From Lingula anatina (taxonomy: Eukaryota > Animalia > Brachiopoda): a stretch of DNA of 64,000 nucleotides. The DNA lies in assembly GCA_051362555.1 (NCBI GenBank), contig CM120646.1:10850001-10914000 (forward strand). The letters are read 5' to 3'. The notes beneath the pieces are model-generated. The model searched no databases, had not been told where the DNA came from, and saw nothing but the letters and a program-made list of their open reading frames with translations. Of this stretch, positions 10,481-22,790 are shown in pieces; position 1 is the stretch's first letter, and every line of letters begins with the position of its first letter. The position numbers were made by a program, and so were the translations under genes.

Positions 10481-11055
10481 AATTAAAAAGACTGGCTACC
10501 TTTTGTCTGCTGTCTTTTGTCATGAATCCTGCAGTTTGTTTACTAATAACCATAAGTACTTTGCTTTTGTATCATAGCACCGGGACACTCGTGTTGTCAG
10601 TTTGTTTATCGTTTGCCACAGCTGTATGCGGTGGCTACATCAGTTTTCTCTATGCGGTAGAACAGTACGAATCTAGTTGTCACAACGAAAGCAATGAGAA
10701 CTTTTGGGCTTACTACCAACGTTCAGGCACCCAAATGTTGGTGGTCACCTATGATGAGAAAATTATTGGAACTGCCGCTGTTGACAAGGTATCAGAGACA
10801 ACAGCGGAATTGAAAAGAATCACCGTTGGAAAAGCCTTTCGTGGATGTGGTATTGGATACCAATTAGTCAAAACAGCCTTAGGGTTTTGCAAAGAACATC
10901 GCTACCTAGAAGTGGTTCTTGTCGTTAATGCAGTCAACGTACCTGCAATTCGCTTGTACAAAAAGTTCGGATTTCAGTATTATGAGACATGCGACGAGTT
11001 TCATGCATTTGGGTTAGTACATTTGAAAATTCTTCAATTCCGTGTGTCGCTCTAG
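10481..11055 (+). CDS. NAT8/camello-like GNAT N-acetyltransferase, main exon
   Basis: Hydrophobic N-terminal segment then GNAT fold: AELKRITV, acetyl-CoA motif A FRGCGIGYQLV, motif B NVPAIRLYKKFGF. Frame is open from a possible acceptor ctctaaccag|10481; first in-frame ATG at 10522; upstream exon not identified. Confidence 0.85.
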
Positions 11056-11904
11056 TGGATTCTGATATTTTGAAGACTATTTTGGTCAGAAACATATTAA
11101 TATTATTGTAATTATGGGCGAGGACCTAACTTGACAGCATAATTGGCACCCAGAAATACATAGAGTTTTACCCTTGTTTCCAAACTGTTAACTACAACTC
11201 TCGCAGATTTTAGCACGTTTGCTAGTCTCGTATGACGTCATGCAGTATCGACAGCCTCTTTTAAGGAGGTTCACATGTAAATTCTACTGTATGGAAAGTG
11301 CTGCGTAGGACAATCGATATTTTATATGAAAGAAAAACTCTTTGGAGATTGGATATCATTCCATATTTGTTCGGTATTTCTTGACCAATCACGTCAGACA
11401 CATCTGCTCAGAGACGTGATAATAACAAATATCAAGGCTCTCTTATTTGTTAGTTTGACTGTACAGTTGTACATGATGTATATGTACACCCGTAGTCTGC
11501 ATCTGACTGTGTTTATAATTAAATTAAAATGTCAAACTGAAAAAAAAAGGAATTCGTTTTACGCGTTTTATTATTACAGAGATCGTGTGTTTAACTAAAA
11601 TCTACTATCTTCGACTACAATGTTTTTTGTATGATTGATTAATTTGATTATGTACATACAACCTCTAGCTAGATTTAGCTTTGTCTGTTAGTCATTTACT
11701 GTTCCAAAGAGCACGTTTTCCGGTACGTGCTTCATTAAATGAGACGAAGTGGGTGTTTCTTAGTATTATATTTGTCAAAATAGCACGTCAAATCAGACAG
11801 GATCTTTTTACAATTACGACTGACACACGAATCGCATTCTATTACTAGTGATGTTTTGGAGACACTGAGTTCATTTTATTGTCCTTGATTTTTTGGCTTA
11901 CGTA

Positions 11905-11916
11905 TCTCTCTCTCGT

Positions 11917-11972
<56 letters not shown>
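11905..11972. repeat. Compound (CT)n(CA)n microsatellite
   Basis: Visible run. Confidence 0.97.
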
Positions 11973-11975
<3 letters not shown>

Positions 11976-13240
11976 TTGTTGAAACTGTTAACATATGTAT
12001 ATTTGATCTAGAAAAAGACTTTCCTTCTTATTTTTACATAGTGAAAATGATAACCTTCATAAATGATTCTAAATATTATTGTACCAATACCCTGAAATGT
12101 TAATCACATAACGTTGGCCCAAACACGGAACATAGCTTCAAGTGGGCAGGCAATATTATCTCACCGTGAATACTTATATTTACCAGCAAACTTTGTCCGT
12201 GAAGTACATGGTAAGGTACTAATTCTTTTTAATAATACTTGCAAGAAGTGCTGATCATACTGTAAGCAATATAGGCCCAAATTACTTTAGCACGGGTATG
12301 AGTGTGTATTTCTGTCATTTCTTTTCCTCGATATGGTATGCTACTTTTAAATGCGTACTGAACATTTCATACTATATAATCACAAGGGGACTGCAACGGT
12401 TACGTATGGACATATCGACATGATTGTTTCTTTATATTGAAACAATAGTTCACGCTCAATCCTATGCTTACAAAACGTTTAGGGCCACGTAAGGAGAGAT
12501 AATAACCGTTTCAATATTGGTTGCTGTGATATCGCGCATGTCATTACAAATTCTACGCTCGTTTTCTGGCCGAGTCATAGATACCTTTTATAGCGCCGAG
12601 TGGGCGTTGATCATGAATCATCGGATTGTGCTTGGACGGTATTCCTATTTGTATCCCAATCATCCCAACAGATTTACTGCTCTTTGAAATTTACTCCTGC
12701 CCTAAACAGGTGTGGGACCGTAGTCCGTTCCCCATTACTTAATACAGTTGACATTTGCGCCTTATACCAACCCCAATACTTCCGACTTACCCTGATCTAT
12801 ACTTATCATAAGGGCCCCCTGATTCCTTTCTTAGACCTACCATTTCTGTCACACCGGCTCAATATGCTTGGCTTGTTGGTGCGTATTAAAAAATTGAATC
12901 ATTGACTAAAAGGCATTAAGAACTGCTTTTTGATACGGAGTCCATTTTGTTTCCTAGACATACTCCAAGTCGCCTTCTGTTCATTATGGTTCGGATCTTA
13001 ATGAATATTTCATAACACACCCCAGAGTGCATCCGTTGGTAATTAAATTATCTGTTTATCAACACTACGATAGATTAAAGAAACGTGACATAATTACACA
13101 CATGGCCCGTTATCGTTTTTCTGCTCAGTTTGTCAAGTGCAATGTGAGTTTTATTGAAATGCATCCCAGTTTTAATGTGAGGTCCCCAGGGAAGACTGGT
13201 GACTGTTAGACTGGGTTCCCATCCCTAGATCGATCTGACA

Positions 13241-13432
13241 GGATCGGTCCATCTCCACGGGGTTTCTCGCTAAATTGCTTTCGGCTTAAGTGGCTTAGAC
13301 GTCTGGGAAGCCCACTTAAGCTACTAAACGATAGTTAATTACCCCCTATCAGCTTCAGTAAGCGTGACAGATATCTAAGCCGCTTAAGTTAATTGCAATT
13401 AAGCGAGAATCCCCTTGGAGATAGTTCGGTCC
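13241..13432. mobile_element. MITE-like foldback element with ~65-bp imperfect TIRs
   Basis: ggatcggtccatctccacggggtttctcgctaaattgc pairs with gcaattaagcgagaatccccttggagatagttcggtcc; inner cttaagtggcttaga pairs with tctaagccgcttaag. Confidence 0.75.
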
Positions 13433-13447
13433 AAAGTTTGCATGTTA

Positions 13448-13621
13448 AGCCCCATTCAGAATAGGGACTTACTAGTCCGAGGGTCAAATATGGCGACCCA
13501 CTACAAAGCTTGCCGTCTAATCCGCTAAGAGACACTGAATAGATATCCCGTGGGGAAGTATTCAAGTGGGTCAGCCATATTTGACCCTCGGACTAGTTAG
13601 TCCCCTATTCTGAATGGGGCC
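13448..13621 (+). mobile_element. PIF/Harbinger (Tourist-like) MITE, copy 1
   Basis: ~45-bp near-perfect TIRs (gccccattcagaataggg...gtccgagggtcaaatatggc); TTA on both flanks (13445-13447, 13622-13624); second copy at 49783. Confidence 0.9.
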
Positions 13622-13878
13622 TTAGTCTCTGGGAATGGCATCTTATTCAATGACGTCATTGGTTATAATAACTGCTGTGTGTTATTGCCTAACGTTAAGT
13701 GTTTGGCGATATTTTATCACTCGCAGTAGTTTGGATGTGGGTGTGGGTAGGGGTTTGTTGGGAGGGGGGGTTGTATGTAAAGTATTAGGTTGAGCTGTAT
13801 TTTTTTTCTACCCCAGTCTGTTGAGGACATGGATGTGGTTAAATGCATTACTCAATATCTTTCCATATCTTAAAGGTC

Positions 13879-14089
13879 GGGGGGGGGGGGGGGGGGGAGT
13901 ATTTACCCCAGTTGTGTATTGCATGAAGGTTCAACGATATCTTATTCATCAGGGGCCAGAATATTGTCCAAGTTGGTTTTTCGCAAAACATTGAAAGGGG
14001 GGGGGGGAGTATTTACCCCAGTTGTGTATTGCATGAAGGTTCAACGATATCTTATTCATCAGGGGCCAGAATATTGTCCATGTTGGTTT
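13879..14089 (+). repeat. Near-identical tandem duplication, 110-bp period, each copy headed by poly-G
   Basis: agtatttaccccag...gaatattgtcca identical at 13898 and 14008. Confidence 0.95.
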
Positions 14090-15039
14090 GACGTTTGTCA
14101 AAATGCATCTGAATAAGGTATACGTATTTGTGGCATAACATGTTCGAAGGTCCTCATTTATGAAATTGTCTGGTTAGGGGAACAGCTGTGTATCCTTGTA
14201 ATGTGATAGCTAAGGCTTCAATAACACGTAGGTGTATCTACGCTGGGTGGTTTTATAATATTAGTTTCTGTTACAGCGTGAATCCCCCAGGTACGTTATT
14301 CAGGACGCTCTGCAGAGATGAAAACCATCCTTTGTAAACTTGGGCCACTGATGCCACTGTGCGAAAGCGCGCATTCACTTGTGGCGTTTTGTGTAACGAT
14401 GATTTGCTTATAAAAATCTCATTTTCCTTATTGTGTTCTAGGAGTTTCTTTGAAATTTGGTAACAAACCCAGAATATTATTATTTTCGAAATTATTGCTA
14501 CAGGGATGCTTGAACACCAACATGTACTATACCTTAAATGTCGCTCTTTTCCATGTAGAAGATCGCTGTGGTATAACGCACTAAAGCATTTTAATTTAAG
14601 TCTTTTATACCAGGTATATTTTGATAGTGCTCATTTAATTGTGCTCATTGAATTATACAAAATCTTCGCCTTCAGTTACGTTGTCTAGGCAAGAGCGACG
14701 TCAAGATCCTGACAGAAAATGTCCATTATGCATGCATTCGTGGAAAGTTGATATCCAACGCGTATATGTAAGATGAATTGAGCGAGGTCACATGTTAATT
14801 CTAAACTACAGTGTAATTTACACGTGCATTTCGATGAATGTGTCAAACAAATAAGCTTCCAGCGTCATGCCCGCGAAAGACTTTTTATGAGTACGATTGA
14901 TTATTTGAATAAGATTACGATATTTACAATTACCAGTTACTTAGTTTACCGCCCTTTCTAAATTCCCTTCGAGATTCCAGTCACTGGCTATGATAAAGCT
15001 AGGAACCTCGGCTCTTTCAATGTTTTGCCAAAAACACGT

Positions 15040-15180
15040 TTTGAGACCGCCCCTTTCATTGAATCAAGGTTCCTTATAACCAGTCGCGCTATCGACGAGC
15101 TTTCACAGCGGAAGTTCAGACCGAAGACGACGCCACGGGCTGCAACACCATTGCAAGAGACAGATATTGCAAAGGTATGT
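15040..15180 (+). promoter_or_regulatory. Candidate promoter and non-coding first exon
   Basis: Local CpG enrichment, GC box ccgccc, TTATAA, ETS-like CGGAAGT, strong donor AAG|GTATGT at 15175. Confidence 0.4.
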
Positions 15181-15624
15181 TTTGAATATCTAGTTGAGTT
15201 ATTAAGTTTGGATTCCAGAAGTACCCGTGATTAATTTATTAAACCGATCGTAATGACAGCGGTATTGAACGGCAATCCACATCACACTTACGATGTAATA
15301 TGTTACACTGTATCTTCAAGTGATGATGCATATCTTGATGCAATTCTTTGCTTCAGCACGGCAGTTGCGTGCATAGAATTGCATGATCTCGGCCTTAATA
15401 CGGTGAAGTAACAACGGTATGGAGAACCCTGCGTGTATCACAAGGCGCCAGGGCTGCAGGCTACTAGAACCTTTCTAGACACGATATTGTTGTATAAAAA
15501 AAAAAAAAAAAAACGTGTGGGCCGACTCAAATTTTTGGAATTTCTTCTGCTTGCCTGAGCCTGATTTAAAGGTCAGACATGTGAATCATTATGATTTATT
15601 TCTGTCTAGATATTAAAACCAAAA

Positions 15625-16850
15625 TTAGACAGGACAGTGTCTTCTGTTTGACTCGTTCTCAGCATGGCATTGAATAAAAACTTGAGATTGAGCTGAGATT
15701 ACTATTAATAAAGGGGTACCTGGCAGTATTGTCCTTGCATATATCCAAAAGCAAGAAGTACTTTCATAGAACAATCACGCTGCCAGTATTGTACAAATCA
15801 AATACGTTGTGGGCGAAAATTCAATCCTACTCCTATCGACGCGTTAAGGGGTTTTCTTAGTAATGCAGTTTCAATAAAATATTCTACAAAGGCAGATATA
15901 AAAGCCTAGTCCATATCTGATGATACTCAGCTGCAACATCAAGAACTCTGTAATATCCTTTTCACAAATGGGAACCTGTATCTCAGATCTTGGAGACTGG
16001 ATGGTTAAGAATAAACTGATGATCAATGATAAGATAACGGAATCCATGGTCATCATGCACACAGCCTCAAAAAAAAAAAAATAATAATAAAAAAATAAAA
16101 AAATAAAATAAAATAAAAAATAAATAAATAAATAGAAAAAAAATAAAAAAGCCTTAGCATTTAGATTGATAAAAGTATGGTGAAATGTTTCCTCTAATGC
16201 TAAACATCTAGGTGTATATGTGGACATCTCCCTGTGGACAGACAAACACACATCTCAGACAACACACGTTTCTTAGTCGTGCGTGTTAACAACAAAAACA
16301 TAACGTTATTGCGAAACCATCTCAGTGGCTCCTCCACTGATGCTATCAGAAATGCTTGTGTCACATCTAGATTGGACTACTGTTATTCTCTTCTCGACGG
16401 ATGTACATGTATATGCATTCAAACTATCGCTGCTCGTGTCCTTACCCACATAACTGGTGACAGTCACATCACGCCTGTCCTTAAACAACTTCAGTGGTCG
16501 CTCATAAGAGCACGGGTTCTCTTTAAACTTTTACTTTATGTCCGCGCTGCATTTTCCAACTTAGCTCAACCATATTTATATAAAACAGGCTCCCTCTGCT
16601 ACATGCATCTCATTCTAACGCCATGTAATGCCAGTCCATTTATTCAAGGTAGCAGCAACAGACGCACTTCCACTTTCCCTGAGGTTTTAAAAAAGGAGCT
16701 GAAGATGTATCATTTTACGGATTTTCCGGCTTTCATTCGTAAGGAAAGCACTTACTGTTAATTTTATATATAACAATGTTTAACTTGTATTTCTCATTGT
16801 TACAACTATTGAAAATATTTGGATTTAACGCTCTTAACTTATTATAATTA
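15625..16850 (+). mobile_element. Decayed L2/CR1-group (Crack/Daphne-like) non-LTR retrotransposon ORF2 3' part
   Basis: Remnant DDTQL (15919, YADD motif), CISDLGDWMVKNKLMIND, VTSRLDYCYSLL, AARVLT...SHITPVLKQLQW...RVLFKLLLYV; frameshifts and stops; interrupted by an A-rich tract at about 16068-16150. Confidence 0.9.
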
Positions 16851-17599
16851 ACGTTTCTACATGCATTAATCTAAAAATTCGTCTTTGTACAATTTGATAC
16901 AAGGTTCTATTAAGTTTAATGAGACAGTAAATTATTTTTCAAAGCAATGTAGTGTAGAAAATCGTTGTATGTCTAATTAAAAGATGGTTCTTAAACCGCG
17001 GTCAACACTGCCTCACTTGGTATCTTCGTCATTTTTTTTCTTCAAAACGAGAGATTTGATGTCTTGAATTTGGAACCAAACTTGCAATTTCTCAAAGCAA
17101 CAAACGTATGTACAGCTAAAAGGACGCATGGAACGCCCCCCCCCCCCCCCAACCGACGACTCGGCCCTTGGATCATTCGAACCGACATGTGCATGTAAGA
17201 CAGTTCACATCTTTTAAAGCTTTAATATTCGCAACATACATTTTATGAATCCAATAAGAGATCAAAATTATATGAAACTAGAAAGACTCCGTGGTGCCTC
17301 ATCGGGGCAACGGATGAGTCAAAATAAAGTTATTACGATACCGAAAGGTCACTTCTAGGCAAGCTAAACTGTTTACTGTAATTCCATCTATAAATTGATA
17401 ATACGCTAATAAATAATGCCAAATTTGAAGCGGTCTACGTCCGGCCTAAATTGCATTAAGTATGAGCTGAGTTATGTTGAAAATTGGTATATTAAGGCAA
17501 TTTTGAAAACCGAACTCTTCCTGGTTGCCTGCAATTTGCTCTTTATTTAATTACCCGCACTAAGAACGGCAAATCGCGATAAAGAGGGGATGAAGACAG

Positions 17600-17790
17600 C
17601 AAAGGCGAAACACCATGAAATCAATTGCCTCAAGTGCTTGAAAAGCACTATAAGGACCGGAGATGCATCAGGCTTTTTAGAAGTTTTTTGCAATGATTTT
17701 TCTTTCAATACAAATATTTTGGAGAGGGACTCTGGTAGACATCAAAGGCCTAAGAAAAGGATATTAGGGAATGGAACGTTGGCGTTATAT
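17600..17790 (+). mobile_element. Possible highly decayed Penelope-like GIY-YIG fragment
   Basis: GET, IRTGDAS and FSFNTNILERDSGRHQR across frames resemble the GIY-YIG C-terminal region; weak. Confidence 0.3.
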
Positions 17791-20700
17791 AAGTTTTCTG
17801 CAAATGATGCCATGCTGTTTTGATACTTCTGGTTCTCCTCCAAATGTTGTTGGACTGTTAGATGAAAGTGAGGTGGATTTGCAAGGAAGGTAAGGTGTCG
17901 TGTGTCAGATGAACTGATGACTCCAGATCTATGATTTCGTCTAAATTAACATCATGAGTTGGCAACAACGTTAGCTTTTCGGCAAGTTTAACTTCTAGGT
18001 TTAGCATACGTCACGAAGATACTAAACCGTCGCCCATTTTAATTTCTACCAAACTGTTTTATTTATTTATTTAACTATTTCCTCTTTAGAAGGATGGTTA
18101 CTGCATCCAAAAAACGTTTAAGAGTGACAGAGATTAAGGTAATGACAGTCCCTAGAAGTCCACGTCTGTTGTTTATTAGACTTCGCGCGTGCGATCTATT
18201 TGTTATTATTTTATTGTAATAGGACGTAGATGTCACGTGCATCCACACTGAGCCTTAAATTTGATTCTCATTTCACCTTTTTCAAATGACCTGTCATTTT
18301 CCCACAGCTGAATATGGTATAAACAATGTAAAAAGTACCCTTCAAACTAAATTCATGGAGGTCACTGGACCCGACCTTTAACTGTTCGTTTTTAAAAGAA
18401 TTTCACGAGTAAGAACTCGAAGACACGGGGACAAGCGAGTGTGAATACTTTTGATTTTTTTGCATGAAAAAATGAACCTACTCAAACCGTATTGGTTCGA
18501 ATTTTACCAAAATATATTCCCTGTTCTGTCAACGTACTCTCTCTTGACAGTATTGAGCACTGTGGGTCCTTTAATCATTTTGTTTTAATTATTTACTAGA
18601 GAGATGCACTTAAGGTATTGTCAACGCTACACTGCGCATTGATCAACGTTTTTTTTTTATTGTGCACAATGGTAAAAGGTTGGTTAAAATTCCTTCACAA
18701 ATGCTTTTCAATAAAGAATATTCTCAATTTATCTAAACAAAAGATCAACAGATAATAGTTACTTGATTGCAGTGGTATACAACCAAGAGATAGGCGAATA
18801 TGACCTTTTTCTCATCTTTGTCTGTCATACGTACTGAAAACAATGCGTAGGAGATATGGACGCACGTCATCTGTCAAGAAATATAAAAATATATACAAAA
18901 CAGTGAAATTTCACATACGGTTTTATAGTATAATTGAATCCAAAGTTCATAGCACCAGAGGAACAAAATTAACATGGATAAATATAATAGTTTTAATATC
19001 TTGAAAAAATTTGTAAAAATCATTTCTGAAAGAATAAAGAAGGTTTCCGTTGTATTTGAAATTGTTTTGGTCCTTTTTCGTGATTGACTTTGACATTTCG
19101 GCATGACCTTGACCTCAGATGACTTTCAAACTATTTTCAAATGAATTACAATGCCATTGAACATTAGAAATGATGTCTCTCACAAGTCTTTAAGTTACCC
19201 AGTTTCCATGATATGACCACTTAAACACACTCCCCTATGCATTGGCGGCGTTTTTGGATTTTGGCACTTTGCCATGGGCGGATTCCGGTGGGAAATTATC
19301 TGGGTCATACACTGTATTGGCCCATTAATGGACCGAACTCAGTTGAGAAACCTTTGTCAACATTTTCCAGCCTCAGTGGGGAAATTTCGTCCGTTTGCTG
19401 TGCTAAATACTAAATTATAGTGTTATTGAATTATCTGTGCGTTCGGACCAGATTCCAAAAAAGGTGGTTGATCTGCTGAAAATGTCTCAGTGCAAACGCA
19501 CACAGCATAGCAGACTAAACTTCAAATAAAGCAGTCAACAAGTCGAACAAATTATTATACAGAACATTTGATGCCCGGATGTCATTCAGCAATTAAAGTC
19601 GGGACAGCCTAAGATCTGTTTGAAGGTAGCGGGGTGTGAACAGACCAAACAATCCGCTGCAGAATACAGAATACAGACCTCTGCGGTTAAGGGGCATCGT
19701 GACGGGAGGGGCTCAAGTTATTAAACGTACCAGAGGTAATAATCGCTGGTGTTATTGTCGGGGCTCTAAGTTAGTGGATTTGGTAAAAGTCCTGAGAGCC
19801 CTTGTAAAGTTTGGTTTAGCTAAATGCCATGTCTAAGCAGAAGTTATGAGTATATGGTACCTACCGCATACGTGCTAAATTTTTTTGCTTAGTAGCCTGT
19901 AGACTGTTTTTTATACGCCTTTTAGCAACAAACAAGTTTACCAGCAACACAATCGGCTTTCGCGGTATAACGGTGCGTTGATACATCCAACTGTATAAAA
20001 TTCATGTCGATAGTGACTAAAGTATCACTCCAAAAGTTCACTAATCGCCACTAACAGAAATGTAGATCACCATCTCTGCTTTCGATCTCCTTTCATGTAC
20101 TCTTGTCACATGCTTTAATGCCCATAGACCCGTTTCATAAAAGGTCTCAACTTGAGAGTTTGGTTGTTTTAAATTTCCTTACAAAATCTCTCATCTTATT
20201 TGTCCCTAAACAAAACGGCATTAGTATAATATTTTTTCTATCGTCCTCGACAGGTTTTGGTTACTTATCGATCTTCAGCATATTGGGCTTCTTACTCAAT
20301 AAAACACTTAAATGTACGTATATTTCATTTTCAATCTCAAAGCCTAGGTAAATTCTTACGTGTATCCATTGCAATTCACATTGCTGGAAATTGTAATTAC
20401 TGGACTGGGAATGTGATCTTTCATGCTTAACGGATGAAACGTTATTTTTTACTTGTTAACAAAATGTTAAGGGCTTAATCAAAACATTAGCAATAAAATA
20501 TCCAGCACAAACGGTCCATTTACTGCTATGAATTGTACATTGATTGTACAAAGACGTAAGACGACTGCGACACGCTTAGTTCTTGGATTAGGCGACGGAG
20601 ATAAAAGTTTATGCTGAGAAATAACAATGGGTAGATCAGTGGCAAAAGACCCTTATAATTGATTGATGAAGCTGTGATAGACAGCGGAATACAGTCACAG

Positions 20701-21288
20701 TCAGCAGAGACAAATCGAATTCATTGTCTTTATTTACGCAATCGACGTTTATCAGAGAGCTAAGGTAGACAAAAGGCGGAGCGACGCGCTCTCTTAGGAA
20801 TCGAAGCATGATAAATGCCTCAAAGAAAAATTACACAGGCGTGATACTTATTTTCTCCCCAAGGCTTTATTTTGTTTCCGTAATGTGTGAGTACATGATA
20901 TTTTCATCCCCTGTAAGTCGGGCGTCCGTTTGAGGTAATGTCACTGTAAGGTAATGGTTTGCTACAATGTTCAGTTGCGTACATGCAGATGTGCGTCTGT
21001 CAAAATCAACCGATCTCTGTATCCGATCTTGGATAGCTAGAACTATGTAATAAATCTTGCAAAGAGAGAGAGAGAGAGAGAGAGTGTGTACATGTATGAT
21101 CCAGTGCTTGCACGTGATAACCCCATGGCTTCTGTCCCAATATGATTAGCATATTATTGTGCAATTTCATTAGATAACTAAGATAACTAAACGTGTCAAT
21201 GTAACTTTTTATAACACATTTCCGGGATAACTCATGACAGCAAAGCGATTAGACAAAGGTGAAACCAATAAAGAGCAAAAAGTAAGTG

Positions 21289-22585
21289 CAGGGGCGTAAC
21301 CAGACCTTTAACAATTGTACGCACAGATTTTTAAATTACAGCATGTAAGGGCCGTAGCCTGAGCAAAATGCCAGGTAAGGGCAGTAAGCGGACACGAGGG
21401 GAAAATTTTTAAAAACTGTATGTAAAATACTGCATTCTGGTGCATTTTAACTTTTATTTATTGCTCAATCAGAAGTCAGAAATTGTGGGTTCATTTTGCC
21501 ATAAGTACAGTCATTTTTTCAACACAACACGCCAATTGGACTTCATTTCCTAAGGGAGGGTGAGCATTTTGGCATGAACTGAGTTGGCTAAAAACAGTAC
21601 ACCTTTGTAAACAGATTGTTGAATGATTGTCTTGTGGCCATGAGTGCATTTTCTCACAGAATTGAATCCAACTTTGCAATTATTTTGTTACCTCTGCGAT
21701 TATTAGTAATATTTTTTTGCACCTCAAATCCCAAGGGGGCAGCTGCCCCCCCCCCCCCCATTAATAATAAAATCATCATTTAGTCAGAAATATTCTCGCA
21801 ATTAAAAAAATTTCAATATTCTTATTACCCAGAACGGTATATTTATTTAAAAGGAGGTTAGCTTCTCATATGTGGAACCCCCTTCGAAAAATCCTGGATC
21901 CACCTCCGAGTTGAACTAACATACGGTTTCATTCACCTTACATGTGGATGCATGGCTCCCAAAACAAACCAATTGTACGACACGACAGGGCTCTGATAGA
22001 TCTAAGTTTAATTATTTGTTTGTAAAAATTGCCCATGTCACCCTGTTAGTTTGGAGGGGTAAGCTGGGTCAAGTCCGTGTCAAAATTCTTTGACTTTTTG
22101 CAGAGAAATTCTTCCTTTGTTTCTCTAGCTCTTTCTTAAACCTGGTGTCCAGATTTTATCTAGTGCCCCCAGGGTTGCGGGGTCGAGCTGCTCTTTGAAA
22201 ATAACACTCAGGCAGATTTTTACCTGAGATAAATATCGCTAGTGAGATCGAATGCGCTTGATATTCTCAAGAAAGATTGTACAGAAGAGTTGAGGGCCAC
22301 TGAACCCTCCAATTAAGAGGTAAAGAAAGTTTCAGTTAGATGGACGATTAAGATAGGACTCGTTAAGGTTACAGGCATTGTAAACCTCAGCTTGCAAGAG
22401 GGGGGGGGGGGGGGTCAGGGTGCCTATACAATTGATACAGAGGATTTGTACATACAGGTGTCTTTAATAAGCAGAGAATTTTCTTTAATATTCCGTGAAA
22501 AATACACTAAATTTATATAAAATAATATCATGGCCAAAAAATTGTACGCACAGTGCATCCGTGCGTATGCCTAGTTACGCCCCTG
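21289..22585. mobile_element. 1.3-kb non-autonomous DNA transposon, 12-bp perfect TIRs, 5-bp TSD
   Basis: CAGGGGCGTAAC...GTTACGCCCCTG; AAGTG on both flanks (21284-21288, 22586-22590); subterminal direct repeat aattgtacgcacag near both ends. Confidence 0.85.
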
Positions 22586-22790
22586 AAGTGTACAGTATTT
22601 GTCAAAGAGGAAAATAAAGGTGATATTTCCCAGGGAAATAACAACAAGAGAATGGAGGGACAACATCAAGTACACATTAATCGGATATTGATTTGACCAA
22701 GGTCAATTATTTTTCGTGGACTTTACCCCAGTGTCCAGGGAGATAGCACGGTAGTTGATTTCCCACATCTAGTTAACTTCTGGAACTTAA

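Noticed and set aside
10481-11055. Choline acetyltransferase (cholinergic locus)
   Set aside because: The protein has GNAT motifs and is under 200 aa; ChAT is a much larger carnitine-acyltransferase-family protein, and no VAChT is present.
16234-16761. 175-aa ORF as a host gene
   Set aside because: It is the decayed C-terminal part of a LINE ORF2 with internal deletions.
18380-19390. Possible DNA transposon arm
   Set aside because: Looks repeat-like, but I could not define TIRs, a TSD or a coding remnant.
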